The translations under genes and the position numbers were made by a program. A stretch of DNA of 64,000 nt, from NCBI GenBank assembly GCA_963848295.1, contig CAWKDB010000010.1, forward strand, positions 2,240,001 to 2,304,000, given 5' to 3'. Shown here piece after piece: positions 1 to 9,670 of the stretch. Within the stretch, counting starts at the first letter, position 1. Every line of letters begins with the position of its first letter. The notes under the pieces are model-generated. The model saw nothing but the letters and a program-made list of their open reading frames with translations, did not search any database and was not told the origin of the DNA. This stretch comes from an uncultured delta proteobacterium (GTDB lineage Bacteria; Myxococcota_A; Polyangia; Haliangiales; Haliangiaceae).

Positions 1-702
1 GAGCTTGTCGCGACTGGGCTCGAGCAGTAGGAAGTGATGGCGATAGCGCGGCGTCGGCAGGCCGAGCAGGCGCTGCAACATGATCTGGGTCGCGGTCGAG
101 GGCGCGATGTCGCGGCCGCGCACGATGTCGGTGACGCCGGCCGCCGCGTCATCGACGACGACCGCGAGCTGATACGCGATCGCACCGTCGCGCCGTCGCA
201 CGATCGGATCGCCCATCTCGACCGCAGGCGTCTGCGAGAGGTCGAGCCCGCCATCGTCGACGAGCTCGATCCGATCGTCGTCGAGCCGAGCCCGCAACGA
301 CTCGCTCGATTCGCGCCAACCGCGCGCGGGCAGCGATCGATCGCGGCACGTGTTGGCGTAGGCCCAGCCACCGTCGGGCGCGCGCGTTCGGCCCGCCCTG
401 CTCGCGCGACTGCAGGCGCACGGATAGAGCCGGCCCGCCGCCGCCAGCCGATCGAGCGCCGCCTCGTGCGCCGCCGCCGAGTCGCTCTGGACGATCACCG
501 CGTCCCAGGCCAGCCCGAGCCAGGTCAACGCGCTTTGCATGTCGCCGGCCCACGCCGCCTGGGTCCGCGTGGCATCGAGATCCTCGAGCCGCAGCAGCAC
601 GCGTCCACCCCGCGCGCGCGCATCGAGCCACGCGAGCAGTCCCGATAGCAGCGTCCCCGGGTGCGCTTGCCCGGTGGTCGACGGAGCGAACCGCCCGATC
701 AC
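1..702 (-). CDS. gluQ: Glutamyl-Q tRNA(Asp) synthetase, 3' end runs off the window
   Basis: Manual translation from GTG at 702: [29 protein letters not shown]...LLRLEDLD and [22 protein letters not shown], which are GluRS/GluQ motifs. Not in the ORF track because it is truncated. Confidence 0.85.
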   Translation of the reverse strand, partial: MIGRFAPSTTGQAHPGTLLSGLLAWLDARARGGRVLLRLEDLDATRTQAAWAGDMQSALTWLGLAWDAVIVQSDSAAAHEAALDRLAAAGRLYPCACSRASRAGRTRAPDGGWAYANTCRDRSLPARGWRESSESLRARLDDDRIELVDDGGLDLSQTPAVEMGDPIVRRRDGAIAYQLAVVVDDAAAGVTDIVRGRDIAPSTATQIMLQRLLGLPTPRYRHHFLLLEPSRDKL

Positions 703-714
703 GCGTGAACTATG

Positions 715-1368
715 TCACGAGCCGGCGCGATGTTCGTGACTGAGGGCGGTTGCGACCGCAGGCTGACGCGCGAGCTCTGCCCAATACGGATGATAGTTGT
801 TGCGCCCGTGCAGGAACGTCCACGGCGTGTCGTGCAGGCCCGGGCGTGTATCGATGTGGACAAACTGCTCTTGCGGGTACCAGCCGACGCCGACGTCGCT
901 ATACGTCCGCCACAGATAGTCGCGAATCTCGCGCAGCTGGACGCCGCGGATCCGGAAGTCGACCGCGCGGCCATCGCGGTGCGGCGAGGTCGCCGATTCG
1001 CCGCGACCGACGCGATAACCCGAGACGTACTCGAGCGTCTTACCCGGATAGTGCTCCGAGACGTCGGCGAGCATCGCGAGCGTCTTCTGCGCGATCAGCT
1101 TCTCGAGGTGAGTGCGCCGGCAGCGGAACAGGCGCTTGACCTCGACCTTGGTGGCAGCGTCGGTCGAGCCGTCGCGCCAGATCGCGATCGTGCCGTGTTG
1201 ATGATCGTTCTCGTCGTAGAGCTTGACCTCGATCGGCCCCGACTCGTGGACGAGCACCGGGAGCAGCGCGTCGGTCGGCAGCGGTAGTGGCATCGCCGCG
1301 GCGGACATGCCCGCCATCGCCATCGTCGTCAGCTTCAGCTTGAGGATGATCGGCAACACGACGATCAA
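715..1368 (-). CDS. YcbK/DUF882-family peptidase M15-like protein
   Basis: Motifs YVSGYR, SPHRDGRAVDF and GVGWYP..FVHIDTR. Start uncertain. Confidence 0.8.
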   Translation of the reverse strand: MIVVLPIILKLKLTTMAMAGMSAAAMPLPLPTDALLPVLVHESGPIEVKLYDENDHQHGTIAIWRDGSTDAATKVEVKRLFRCRRTHLEKLIAQKTLAMLADVSEHYPGKTLEYVSGYRVGRGESATSPHRDGRAVDFRIRGVQLREIRDYLWRTYSDVGVGWYPQEQFVHIDTRPGLHDTPWTFLHGRNNYHPYWAELARQPAVATALSHEHRAGS

Positions 1369-1418
1369 GACGCTATCGCGAGCTGCTTTGTAGTCAAACC
1401 GAATTCGAACGCCGGATT

Positions 1419-1437
1419 CTGTACGGATTCCGGACAG
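1419..1437. promoter_or_regulatory. Imperfect palindrome CTGTACG-GATTC-CGGACAG, candidate operator
   Basis: Lies in a divergent intergenic region; same TGT(C/A)CG-N5-CGGACA layout as 28173-28189. Confidence 0.35.
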
Positions 1438-1606
1438 TTTCTGAATGCCACATCTGGCACGAAGTAGGTTCTGCGACGCGGCTTACCGCGATGACGAGCT
1501 GCTCGCGATCCATCCCACCTGTCGCACAGTGCGAGCTCCGACCGATGAACCTCACCGGTCGCGGGCTCTGGAAAGGATCGAACGCCAAGGGTACGGTCCG
1601 CTTTCA

Positions 1607-2770
1607 ATGCGCTTCACCGAAGAGCACGATCAGATCCGCCGCACGGTTCGCGAGTTCGTCGACAAAGAGGTCAACCCGCACATGGCGCGGTGGGACGAGG
1701 ACGGCGCGTTCCCGGCCCACGAGCTGTTCAAGAAAGCGGGACGACTCGGCCTGCTCGGCGTCAACAAGCCCGAAGCGTACGGCGGCCAAGGCCTCGACTA
1801 CTCGTATCAGATGGTGCTGACCGAAGAGCTCGGCACGTGCCACGGCGGATCGATCCCGATGGCACTCGGCGTCCAGACCGACATGGCGACGCCCGCGCTC
1901 GCGCGCTGGGGCAGCGACCCGCTCAAACGCGAGTTCCTCGCGCCCGCGATCGCCGGCGAGGTCGTGTGCTCGATCGCGGTCAGCGAGGTCTCGGGCGGCT
2001 CCGATGTCGCCGCGATCAAGACGGTCGCGCGCAAGGACGGCGGCGACTACGTCATCAACGGCTCGAAGATGTGGATCACGAACGCGGCGCAGGCCGATTG
2101 GCTGTGCCTGCTCGTCAACACGAGCGAAGCCGCCGTCCATCTCAACAAGACACTCGTGATCGTGCCGACGAAGACCGCCGGCGTCACGATCGGCCCGAAG
2201 ATCGACAAGCTCGGATGCCGCGCGTCGGATACCTGCCCGGTCTACTTCGAAGATGTCCGCGTGCCCCAGGCGAATCGGATCGGCGAAGAAGGCTCGGGCT
2301 TCATGATGCAGATGGTGCAGTTTCAAGAAGAGCGGCTGTGCGGCGCGACCGGATCGCTGCGCGGCATGGAGTCGCTGATCGACGCGACCGCCGCGTACTG
2401 CAAAGAGCGCCACACTTTCGGCCAGCCGTTGCTCGACAACCAAGTGATCCACTTCCGGCTCGCCGAGCTGCGCACCGAGGTCGAGGCGCTGCGCTCGCTG
2501 TGCTACCGCGCGGTCGAGGAGTACGTGGGCGGCAAGGACGTCACGATGCTCGCGTCGATGGCCAAGCTCAAGGCCGGGCGCTTGGTCCGCGAGGTCTCCG
2601 ATAGCTGCCTGCAGTACTGGGGCGGCATGGGATACACGTGGGACAATCCGGCCGCGCGGTCTTATCGCGATTCGCGCCTGCTCTCGATCGGCGGCGGCGC
2701 CGACGAGATCATGCTCGGCATCATCGCGAAGCTGATGGGCATTCTTCCGAGCAAACGAAAGAAACCATAA
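1607..2770 (+). CDS. Acyl-CoA dehydrogenase (AtuD/citronellyl-CoA dehydrogenase-like)
   Basis: Motifs IAVSEVSGGSDV, INGSKMWITN, CLQYWGGMGY, IGGGADEIM. ATG 1607 (MRFTEEH) chosen over the longer ORF start. Confidence 0.9.
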   Translation: MRFTEEHDQIRRTVREFVDKEVNPHMARWDEDGAFPAHELFKKAGRLGLLGVNKPEAYGGQGLDYSYQMVLTEELGTCHGGSIPMALGVQTDMATPALARWGSDPLKREFLAPAIAGEVVCSIAVSEVSGGSDVAAIKTVARKDGGDYVINGSKMWITNAAQADWLCLLVNTSEAAVHLNKTLVIVPTKTAGVTIGPKIDKLGCRASDTCPVYFEDVRVPQANRIGEEGSGFMMQMVQFQEERLCGATGSLRGMESLIDATAAYCKERHTFGQPLLDNQVIHFRLAELRTEVEALRSLCYRAVEEYVGGKDVTMLASMAKLKAGRLVREVSDSCLQYWGGMGYTWDNPAARSYRDSRLLSIGGGADEIMLGIIAKLMGILPSKRKKP

Positions 2771-2817
2771 CCATTCGCGTGATGACTTCGCCGCGACTTT
2801 TCCGCACGCTCTAGGCG

Positions 2818-4194
2818 ATGTCCCGCCTCGCGCCGCTCGCCGCCTGCGTGTTGGCAGCAGCGTGGTCCGCGGTCGCGTCTGCGGAGCCTGTTCCGGATGC
2901 GGTCGCGCCGGAGGTGGTCGTGATCTCGCCGAAACGGATCGCGGGGTTTCGCGTCCGCGGCAAATCGATCGTCACCGAGACCACCGTCGGCTATCTCGCC
3001 CACGTTCGCGTCGGCGACACGATCACGTCGGAGGACCTACCCGAGCTCGAAAAAGCGATGATGTCGAGCGAGCTGTTCGAGGTCGTCAAGATCACGCTCG
3101 AGGACACGCCCGATGGCGTGCTCGTCGTCGCCGAGCTCAAGGACAAGCTGCGTCAGATCGCCGCCCCGACCGTCTATATCGCGCCCGGCACCTGGTCGGT
3201 CGGCATCGGCTACGTCAACAACGATCTGCGAGGCGAAGACAAGAAGCTGCTGCTCTACGGTCAGGTCGGCAATCGCACGAACCTGTTCTATGGCGCGTAT
3301 CTCGATCCGTCCGTCAACGGCACGCCGCTGACGCTGCGGCTCGATCTCTACACGTATCAGATGATTCGCCCCGAGTACGCGAATCCCGTCGACGACCCCA
3401 CGAACTTCTCGGTCGCTCGTTATGTCACCGAGACGTTTCTCGACGCCGGAGCGCTCGTCGGTTGGCAATTCAAGTGGTGGCTGTCCGTCGACGCACGGTT
3501 GCGCGGCGCCTACGTCTACTTTCGCAAGGCGCACGCCGACGATGTCGACAACACCGCGCTCCCGCGGCCCGAGACGGATGGCTGGGACAACACGGCGCAG
3601 GTTCGCGTCACGATCGATCATCGGGTGCATCTGTTCGGGGTGACGAGCGGCGCCTACGCGCAGGCGTTCGCCGAGGCCTCGCTGCCAGAGCTCGACACCT
3701 ATCAGTACCAAGACACGTGGGTGCGCGCGTACTACAGCTGGAAGTTCTTCCAGGAGCACGAGCTCGAGCTGCGCGGCTTCGCGGGCGTCGGCCGGCACAT
3801 GCCGTTTCACGAAGAGCTGTCGAATGGAGGCGAATCGGATCTGCGCGGCTACGACGCCGATCAGTTTCGCGGCGACACGCAGCTGACCGGGCGCGCCGAG
3901 TATTCGGTACCGTTGTTCAAGCTCACGCCGCCGGTGATCGGTACGCTCGCGTTTCGCGCGAACGCGTTTTGGGACACCGGCTACGTCAAGTTCAACTTCC
4001 CGGATCGCAGCGGCATGCGGCAGTACTTGCCCGGCGAGCTCGACGGCAATTCCTGGTTTCGCAACGACGTCGGCGTCGGGTTTCGGGTCTATCTCAAGTC
4101 GGTCGTGCTCCCGCTGCTCGGCGTCGACCTCGGCTATGGCATCGAGGGCCACAGCCCGGAGGTCTACTTCGCGCTGGGGCTGACCGACTTCTAG
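2818..4194 (+). CDS. Omp85 (BamA/TamA-like) outer-membrane protein with a single POTRA domain
   Basis: Signal peptide, POTRA-like N-terminus, LRGY loop motif (GGESDLRGYD), alternating beta-strands, C-terminal Phe. Confidence 0.8.
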   Translation: MSRLAPLAACVLAAAWSAVASAEPVPDAVAPEVVVISPKRIAGFRVRGKSIVTETTVGYLAHVRVGDTITSEDLPELEKAMMSSELFEVVKITLEDTPDGVLVVAELKDKLRQIAAPTVYIAPGTWSVGIGYVNNDLRGEDKKLLLYGQVGNRTNLFYGAYLDPSVNGTPLTLRLDLYTYQMIRPEYANPVDDPTNFSVARYVTETFLDAGALVGWQFKWWLSVDARLRGAYVYFRKAHADDVDNTALPRPETDGWDNTAQVRVTIDHRVHLFGVTSGAYAQAFAEASLPELDTYQYQDTWVRAYYSWKFFQEHELELRGFAGVGRHMPFHEELSNGGESDLRGYDADQFRGDTQLTGRAEYSVPLFKLTPPVIGTLAFRANAFWDTGYVKFNFPDRSGMRQYLPGELDGNSWFRNDVGVGFRVYLKSVVLPLLGVDLGYGIEGHSPEVYFALGLTDF

Positions 4195-4296
4195 TCGCCG
4201 GCGTCTACATCCGGCGTGTGCGCGCACATCGCCGTACCGACAGCGTGTGACCGCAGAGACTATCGACGATTCAGCGACGACGGTATCCTGGAGGTG

Positions 4297-6198
4297 ATGG
4301 GCCAATCTCGCGTCGTCGTTGCAGTCCTAGCGTTGTCGGCGTGCGGTCACCACGAAAACCCCGGTCCCGGCGGCGCCGATGGCGGTGCGATCACCGCACT
4401 GGCGATCACACCGCCGGCCGCGACCGTCGCGCTCACCGCGAATGCCGGCGACTACAGCGCGACGCAACCCTACGAAGTCACCGCGACATACGCCGACGGA
4501 TCGACCGGCGACGTGACCGCCGACGTCACGTTTGCAGTCGACGATGCGAACGCGGTGAGCTTCGCGAGCTAGCTCGCGACCGTCATCGCTGCGGGCCACT
4601 ACAACATCACCGCGACGCTGCAAGCGGGCACGACCGCCACGGCGACGCTCGACGCGACGTTGACCGACTCCGGTTTCGGCACCGGCTTCGATGCGAACGA
4701 CCAAGCGCTGCTCGATGGCTCGCCGGTCGCAACCCAGACTCCGACGATCGCGTATCCGCTCGCCGGTGCGTTGTTCCCGGTCAACGTCTCGCCGATCTCG
4801 ATCCAGGCGCAGAAGTCCGATCCGTCGCAGACCCTCGCGCGCATCGAGCTGACGTCTGGATCCCTGCTGTCATATCGCTACTACGCGCCGTGTACCGCGT
4901 CGCCGAACCCCGGCACGTTTCCGAACGCGTGCATCGTATCGATCACCGGATCGTTCGCGACCCAGCTCGCGGGAGTCAGCGAGAGCGGCGACGTCTCGCT
5001 CGCGGTCCGGCTCGTCGCGCCCGATGGCAGCATGCTCGGCGAGTCGTCGCCGATCGCGCTCGCGTGGGCCAAGACCAAGCTGACCGGCGGTCTGTACTAC
5101 TGGACGACCGCGGGCACGGGCGACACGACGTTCAACACCGCGATCGCGCGCTACGACTTTGCCGGCGACACCTCGACCCCGGCGATCTACCTGTCGAGCG
5201 CGAGCGCGCCGGCGGTGCCAGCGGGCCAGACCCAGTGCATCGGCTGCCACGCCGTGTCGCCCGACGGCAGCAAGCTGTCGTTCTCGCTCGGCGGCAGTCT
5301 CCCCGGTTACTTCTCGCTGTTCGATGTGGCGACGACGACGCCGATCGCGACCGACATGACGAACAAGTTCGCCGTCATGTCGACGTTCTCGCCCGACGGA
5401 TCGAGCGAAGTCACGATGAGCTACGGGGACCTCACGATGCGAACCGCGGACGACACGCTCGGCGTCGTCACCGATCCGCTGTTCCCCGAGGTCGCCGAGC
5501 AAAAGAGCCACCCATTCTGGAGCCCGTCGGGCAACAAGTTCGCGTTCGTATCGTGGGTGCCGTCCGAGGCCGACATCACCGCCGGCCAGGTCACCGGTGA
5601 TATGGTGCAAGGCGCGCAGATCTGGATCGCGCCCGTCAGCGGCACGAAGATGGGCACGGCGACCATGCTGGTGCCGCGCGCGCCCGGAGTGACGAGCTAC
5701 TACCCGTCGATCAGCGATGACGACAACTTCGTCGTGTTCGACCAATCGAGCTGCAGCGGGCCGGCCAACACCCCGGGCGGCTGGGGCCAAGGCCCGTGCG
5801 ACGGTTACAACGATATCTCGGCGACGCTGCACCTCGTGTCGACCGGCGGCGGCACACCGGTCGCGCTGACGAATGCCAATGGCGGCGACTCGCCGCTCAC
5901 GACAAACTCGTGGCCGCGCTGGAGTCCGGATCACGGCGAGTTCCGCGGCAAGCGCCTCTACTGGGTCGCGTACTCCTCACGGCGCGGCTACGGGCTGTCA
6001 CTCTCGGCGGGCACCGGCGCGGATACGACGAAGCCACAGTTGTGGTTTGCCGCCGTCGCGGTCGACGATAGCGGTGCGATGCCGACCTCCGATCCGAGCT
6101 TCGCGCCGGTCTGGTTGCCCGGACAGGATCCGAACCTCGCGGGCCCGCGCGGCAATCACACGCCGGCGTGGACGTCGAAGGTCGTCGTCATCCAGTAG
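4297..6198 (+). pseudogene. Lipoprotein with Ig-like domain, CxxCH motif and TolB/PD40-like propeller, interrupted by in-frame TAG at 4570-4572
   Basis: ORFs 4216-4572 and 4660-6198 share a frame and read continuously (VSFAS*LATVIAAGHYNITATL). Lipobox LSAC; CIGCH; FSPDG/WSPSG/WSPDH repeats. Confidence 0.7.
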
Positions 6199-6274
6199 AT
6201 CCCGGCTACTGGGCCGCTCGCCATGGCTCGTCGGCATGCCACCTGGGACGGTCCAGGTTTCATCGGGTTAGCCG

Positions 6275-6290
6275 CGGCATGGATGGTGCT
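6275..6290 (+). promoter_or_regulatory. sigma54 -24/-12 promoter
   Basis: CGGCATGGATGGTGCT (GG-N10-GC) 24 nt before ATG 6315; upstream palindrome ACCTGG-N6-CCAGGT at 6241-6258. Confidence 0.55.
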
Positions 6291-6314
6291 CTTTGTCGCT
6301 ATCAGGACACCACG

Positions 6315-6815
6315 ATGCGCACGCTGACCATCGCCCTAGCCGTCGCGTTCACCGCGCTCGCGCCGTCCGCGGCCCGGGCCGCCGCGCTACAGGGTGTGGC
6401 TGACCCCGACGTTCACGTCACGGTAACAACTCCGACCGTCGATGCCGCGCGACGGATGGCGCACGCGGACACGATCCGCCACGTGCTGGTCGATGCGTTC
6501 AAGTGCGCCGCTGCGGTGCGCGGCGAGTTCGGCTTCGATGTCTCGGTGACGAAGCTGTCGATCGACACCGTGCGCGGCCACATCGAGATTTCGGCCGAGC
6601 TCCACGTCGTGCTCTCGGATCGCAACGGCAACATCTTGGCGTACGTCACCGGCGCGGCGGTGGTCGAAGCGCCGAACCACGCGCGCGCCCCCGAGCAGAT
6701 CGCGCACCTCGAGCACGAGGCGATCGCAGAAGCGGCAGACGGTCTGATCCATCCGTTGCGCGTCCAGCTGCTGCGCACTGCCGCTCGCCGCGCCGAGCTG
6801 CTCGCGTCGAGGTAG
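6315..6815 (+). CDS. Secreted hypothetical protein
   Basis: MRTLTIALAVAFTALAPSAARA signal peptide; AGGA Shine-Dalgarno. Confidence 0.7.
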   Translation: MRTLTIALAVAFTALAPSAARAAALQGVADPDVHVTVTTPTVDAARRMAHADTIRHVLVDAFKCAAAVRGEFGFDVSVTKLSIDTVRGHIEISAELHVVLSDRNGNILAYVTGAAVVEAPNHARAPEQIAHLEHEAIAEAADGLIHPLRVQLLRTAARRAELLASR

Positions 6816-6831
6816 AGGGGCCCGTTCCGGC

Positions 6832-8277
6832 CTACGGCAAGATCTCGAGCGTGAGATCGACCACGTGCTTGGTTCCGTCCAAGTTCGTCAGCGGATTGAT
6901 CGTCTTGGCCTTCGAGGCATCGCGAATCCGGGCGCTGCCGGCCAACAACGCGGAGCGCGAGAACACGTCGCCCTTGTGCACGCCTAACATCTCGAGGTAG
7001 CGCTTCGCATCCGCCGGGGAGACGCCAGTGACCGCGAGCTTGCCGATCCGATACTGCGCGCCTTCGACGATCGCGAACGCCGCGTTCGCATGATCGCCGG
7101 TCGGCGGTGCGATCGTCACGGTCGCTTGGAGATAGCCGTGGTCGTAGTAATACCCGAGCACGAGCCCCTTGGCGCGCTCGATCCGATCGTCGAGCCAAGG
7201 CGTCGCGCCCGCGACGGTGCCGTCGAGCGCTTTCGTGAGCTCGGCGCGCGATGCGTGTGTGTTACCGGCAAAGGTCACCCCTGCGATCGTCACCGCAGTG
7301 CCCGGCGTGATGTCGATCATGACGTCGACGCGTCCAGCGCCGGCCGGCGACGCGCTCCAAGCCGCGTTCGCGGCGCGGTAACCTCGTGCGAGGTAGCGAT
7401 CGCGCAGCTGCTCGGTCATCGTCCCCAACAGGCCGGGATCGAGCGGCAACCCCGTCGCGGCACCGAATACGCCCGACACGGCGAAGGGTAGGCCGGTGCC
7501 TTCGCGAGCGGCGAGCGCATGGACGATCGGCTGCGCCGTGAGCGCGATCGTGAGCACAACCCCGTCCGCGCGCTGGGTCGCTCGCGCCGAGACCTCCGAC
7601 ACGCCGCGTACGCCGAGCACGCCGGTGAGCTCGTCGCGCAGGCGCCCGCGCTCGATCGCGGTGGCGCCGACCTCCGGTGCAACGAGCGCGCGAGCCGCCG
7701 CGCGCAACGCCGGGTCGCCACCGGTGACCTCGACCGCGCGAATCGGCCCCGATAACGCCGTCCACGCGACTTCGGACGCGATCGGCGCGAGCGCCGGCGG
7801 CTTCTCGATGTGGTGCTTCGGCCGTTCGCCGTCGAGCCAGCGCTGCTTCGCGGCGGCAGCCTGTTCCGGCGTGCCGCGCAGCTGGTCGCCGATCAAGACG
7901 TTGAGTGCACGCAGCACCACGAGCTGACGCGTGAGCTCCGCGCGATAGCTCGCGCGCGTGTAGTGCTGGCTCGCGAGCGCGGCGTCGAGGCCGGCGTCGT
8001 CGACGTTGTTCTGCTTCTTGATCTCGACCATCGCCGCATCGGTCTCGGCGTCGCTGACCGTCACGCCGCGCTCCACCCCGGCGGCGGCGACGATCGCGTC
8101 GTCGATCGCGAGGTCGGCCGTCGTCGAGCGTTCGTCGAGCTGGCTCTGCCAGATCGGAGTTGTATCGACGAGCGCGGCGACGCGATCGAGCCGGGCGACC
8201 GAACCGACCTTCGCGTGACCATCGGCGGCGGCGAGGCGAGCGGCGCAGATGACCGCGATCGCGACGGCGCGCATCAC
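6832..8277 (-). CDS. SurA N-terminal-like domain fused to POTRA repeats, no beta-barrel
   Basis: LDRVAALVD..IWQSQL and IKKQNNVDDAGLDAAL..YRAEL (SurA_N-like); IAGVTFAGNT, YYDHGYL, IVEGAQYRIGKL (POTRA-like). Confidence 0.7.
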   Translation of the reverse strand: MMRAVAIAVICAARLAAADGHAKVGSVARLDRVAALVDTTPIWQSQLDERSTTADLAIDDAIVAAAGVERGVTVSDAETDAAMVEIKKQNNVDDAGLDAALASQHYTRASYRAELTRQLVVLRALNVLIGDQLRGTPEQAAAAKQRWLDGERPKHHIEKPPALAPIASEVAWTALSGPIRAVEVTGGDPALRAAARALVAPEVGATAIERGRLRDELTGVLGVRGVSEVSARATQRADGVVLTIALTAQPIVHALAAREGTGLPFAVSGVFGAATGLPLDPGLLGTMTEQLRDRYLARGYRAANAAWSASPAGAGRVDVMIDITPGTAVTIAGVTFAGNTHASRAELTKALDGTVAGATPWLDDRIERAKGLVLGYYYDHGYLQATVTIAPPTGDHANAAFAIVEGAQYRIGKLAVTGVSPADAKRYLEMLGVHKGDVFSRSALLAGSARIRDASKAKTINPLTNLDGTKHVVDLTLEILP

Positions 8278-9599
8278 TCGGGAACGATGCCGCCGATCGG
8301 CACCCAGATCGTTTCGCCAGATCCGCCGACTTCGAGCTCGTAGTAACCCTGCAGCAATTGGACGACCGTCGCCGATTGCATCAAGCCATTCGGGCCCGGT
8401 ACGAGCACGCGCGCACCCGGGGCCACCTTCGACGGAATCTCGCCGGCGACCGACGAGCCCGATCCGATCGAGCTGACGCCGATGCCGGAGGAGCCGATCG
8501 CTCCCATCCCGATTCCCATGATCGAACCGCGGGGCTCGTCGGGCTCGGGCTCCGGCTCGGACTGCGCCGGCGGACGCGGCATCGGCTTGTTGCCCATCGC
8601 GTCGAGCGCACTCGCGATCGCCATCACCGCCGACTCGGTTCCGGCTGGCACTTCGATCGATCCGGCGCGTCGCGCTTCCGGCGGCGGCGTGGTCGGGATT
8701 CGCTGCGGCGTGGCCGGCGGTTCGACGGGCGCCTTGGCGCGCACGATGATCTCGCCGGAGGCCTGGGTCGGCGGATTACTACCCGCGCGCAGCGTCGGCG
8801 CATCGGGCGGTATCGGCGGCGCGCTGTGATGGCGCGGCGTCGACCGACTGTCGCCGGCAGGCTGGGTGGAGGCCCTCGGCGTCGGCTCGGCCTGTGGCTG
8901 CGAGCCGTAACGGCGATTCGCGGGAATCCGCCCGGTCTCGCTGCTCGGATCGGCGGCCCACTCGTCGTCGTTCGCCGACGGTCGCGAGCCGGTTGGCCAC
9001 GCGTTGCCGTCATCCGCCGTGATCGAAATGTGGCCCATGCGGATGAGCTCGACGCCGAACACCGCGCCCGCCGCCGGGTTGTATGCGATCAGCTCTTCGA
9101 TCACGTTCGCGAGCATCGCCGGATCGGTGACCGCCTGCGGCGTACCTCCGAGCACGACCCGGCGAGTGAGCAAACGCGCGAGCATCCGCTCGACCGAGCG
9201 CGACACGCTGCGCAGTACGCCTTCGTTGACCGAATCGAACGGCAGTCCGACGAACTGCGCGATCAGCAGTCCCGGATCGCCACACCGGACTTGGAGCGAG
9301 CCCTGGGCATGCAGCCGCACCGACTGGCCGCTCGTGGGGATCGTGAACGTCGTGACCATGTCGAACGACACTTCGACCGGCGCGGTGAGGACGAAGAACG
9401 CAGCCACCGGTCGACTCGGATCGGGCGTGCGCCAGCGATGCCGGCCGGGTCCCAGCCGCTCGCCGACGGTCCAGGCTGGACACATCACGACTTGCTCGTC
9501 GTCGGCACAGGCCACTTCGCACTCCGGGCCGATCGGAAACGGCCAGGCGTAGACGAGGTGGTCGGTCGCGACGGAGTCGCGCGCGAGGACCGTCATCAC
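8274..9599 (-). CDS. Hypothetical protein: SPFH/band-7-like N-terminus, Pro-rich linker, small SH3/Tudor-like C-terminus
   Basis: Coherent coding ORF overlapping the downstream start. Domain guesses from composition (LGPGRH..., VRLHAQGSLQVRCGDP; GARVLVP..WVP). Confidence 0.6.
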   Translation of the reverse strand: MMTVLARDSVATDHLVYAWPFPIGPECEVACADDEQVVMCPAWTVGERLGPGRHRWRTPDPSRPVAAFFVLTAPVEVSFDMVTTFTIPTSGQSVRLHAQGSLQVRCGDPGLLIAQFVGLPFDSVNEGVLRSVSRSVERMLARLLTRRVVLGGTPQAVTDPAMLANVIEELIAYNPAAGAVFGVELIRMGHISITADDGNAWPTGSRPSANDDEWAADPSSETGRIPANRRYGSQPQAEPTPRASTQPAGDSRSTPRHHSAPPIPPDAPTLRAGSNPPTQASGEIIVRAKAPVEPPATPQRIPTTPPPEARRAGSIEVPAGTESAVMAIASALDAMGNKPMPRPPAQSEPEPEPDEPRGSIMGIGMGAIGSSGIGVSSIGSGSSVAGEIPSKVAPGARVLVPGPNGLMQSATVVQLLQGYYELEVGGSGETIWVPIGGIVPE

Positions 9600-9670
9600 G
9601 GTCGATACTACAGGATCTGGCGGGAAGGATCCGTCGGGGCGGTGCGTAACAAGGGCGAGTCAGATTCGGA

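Noticed and set aside
4570..4572. Pyrrolysine or genome-wide TAG recoding
   Set aside because: TAG ends many intact genes here (e.g. uvrC, ftsK, lolA), no pyl genes are in the window, and this is a single instance.
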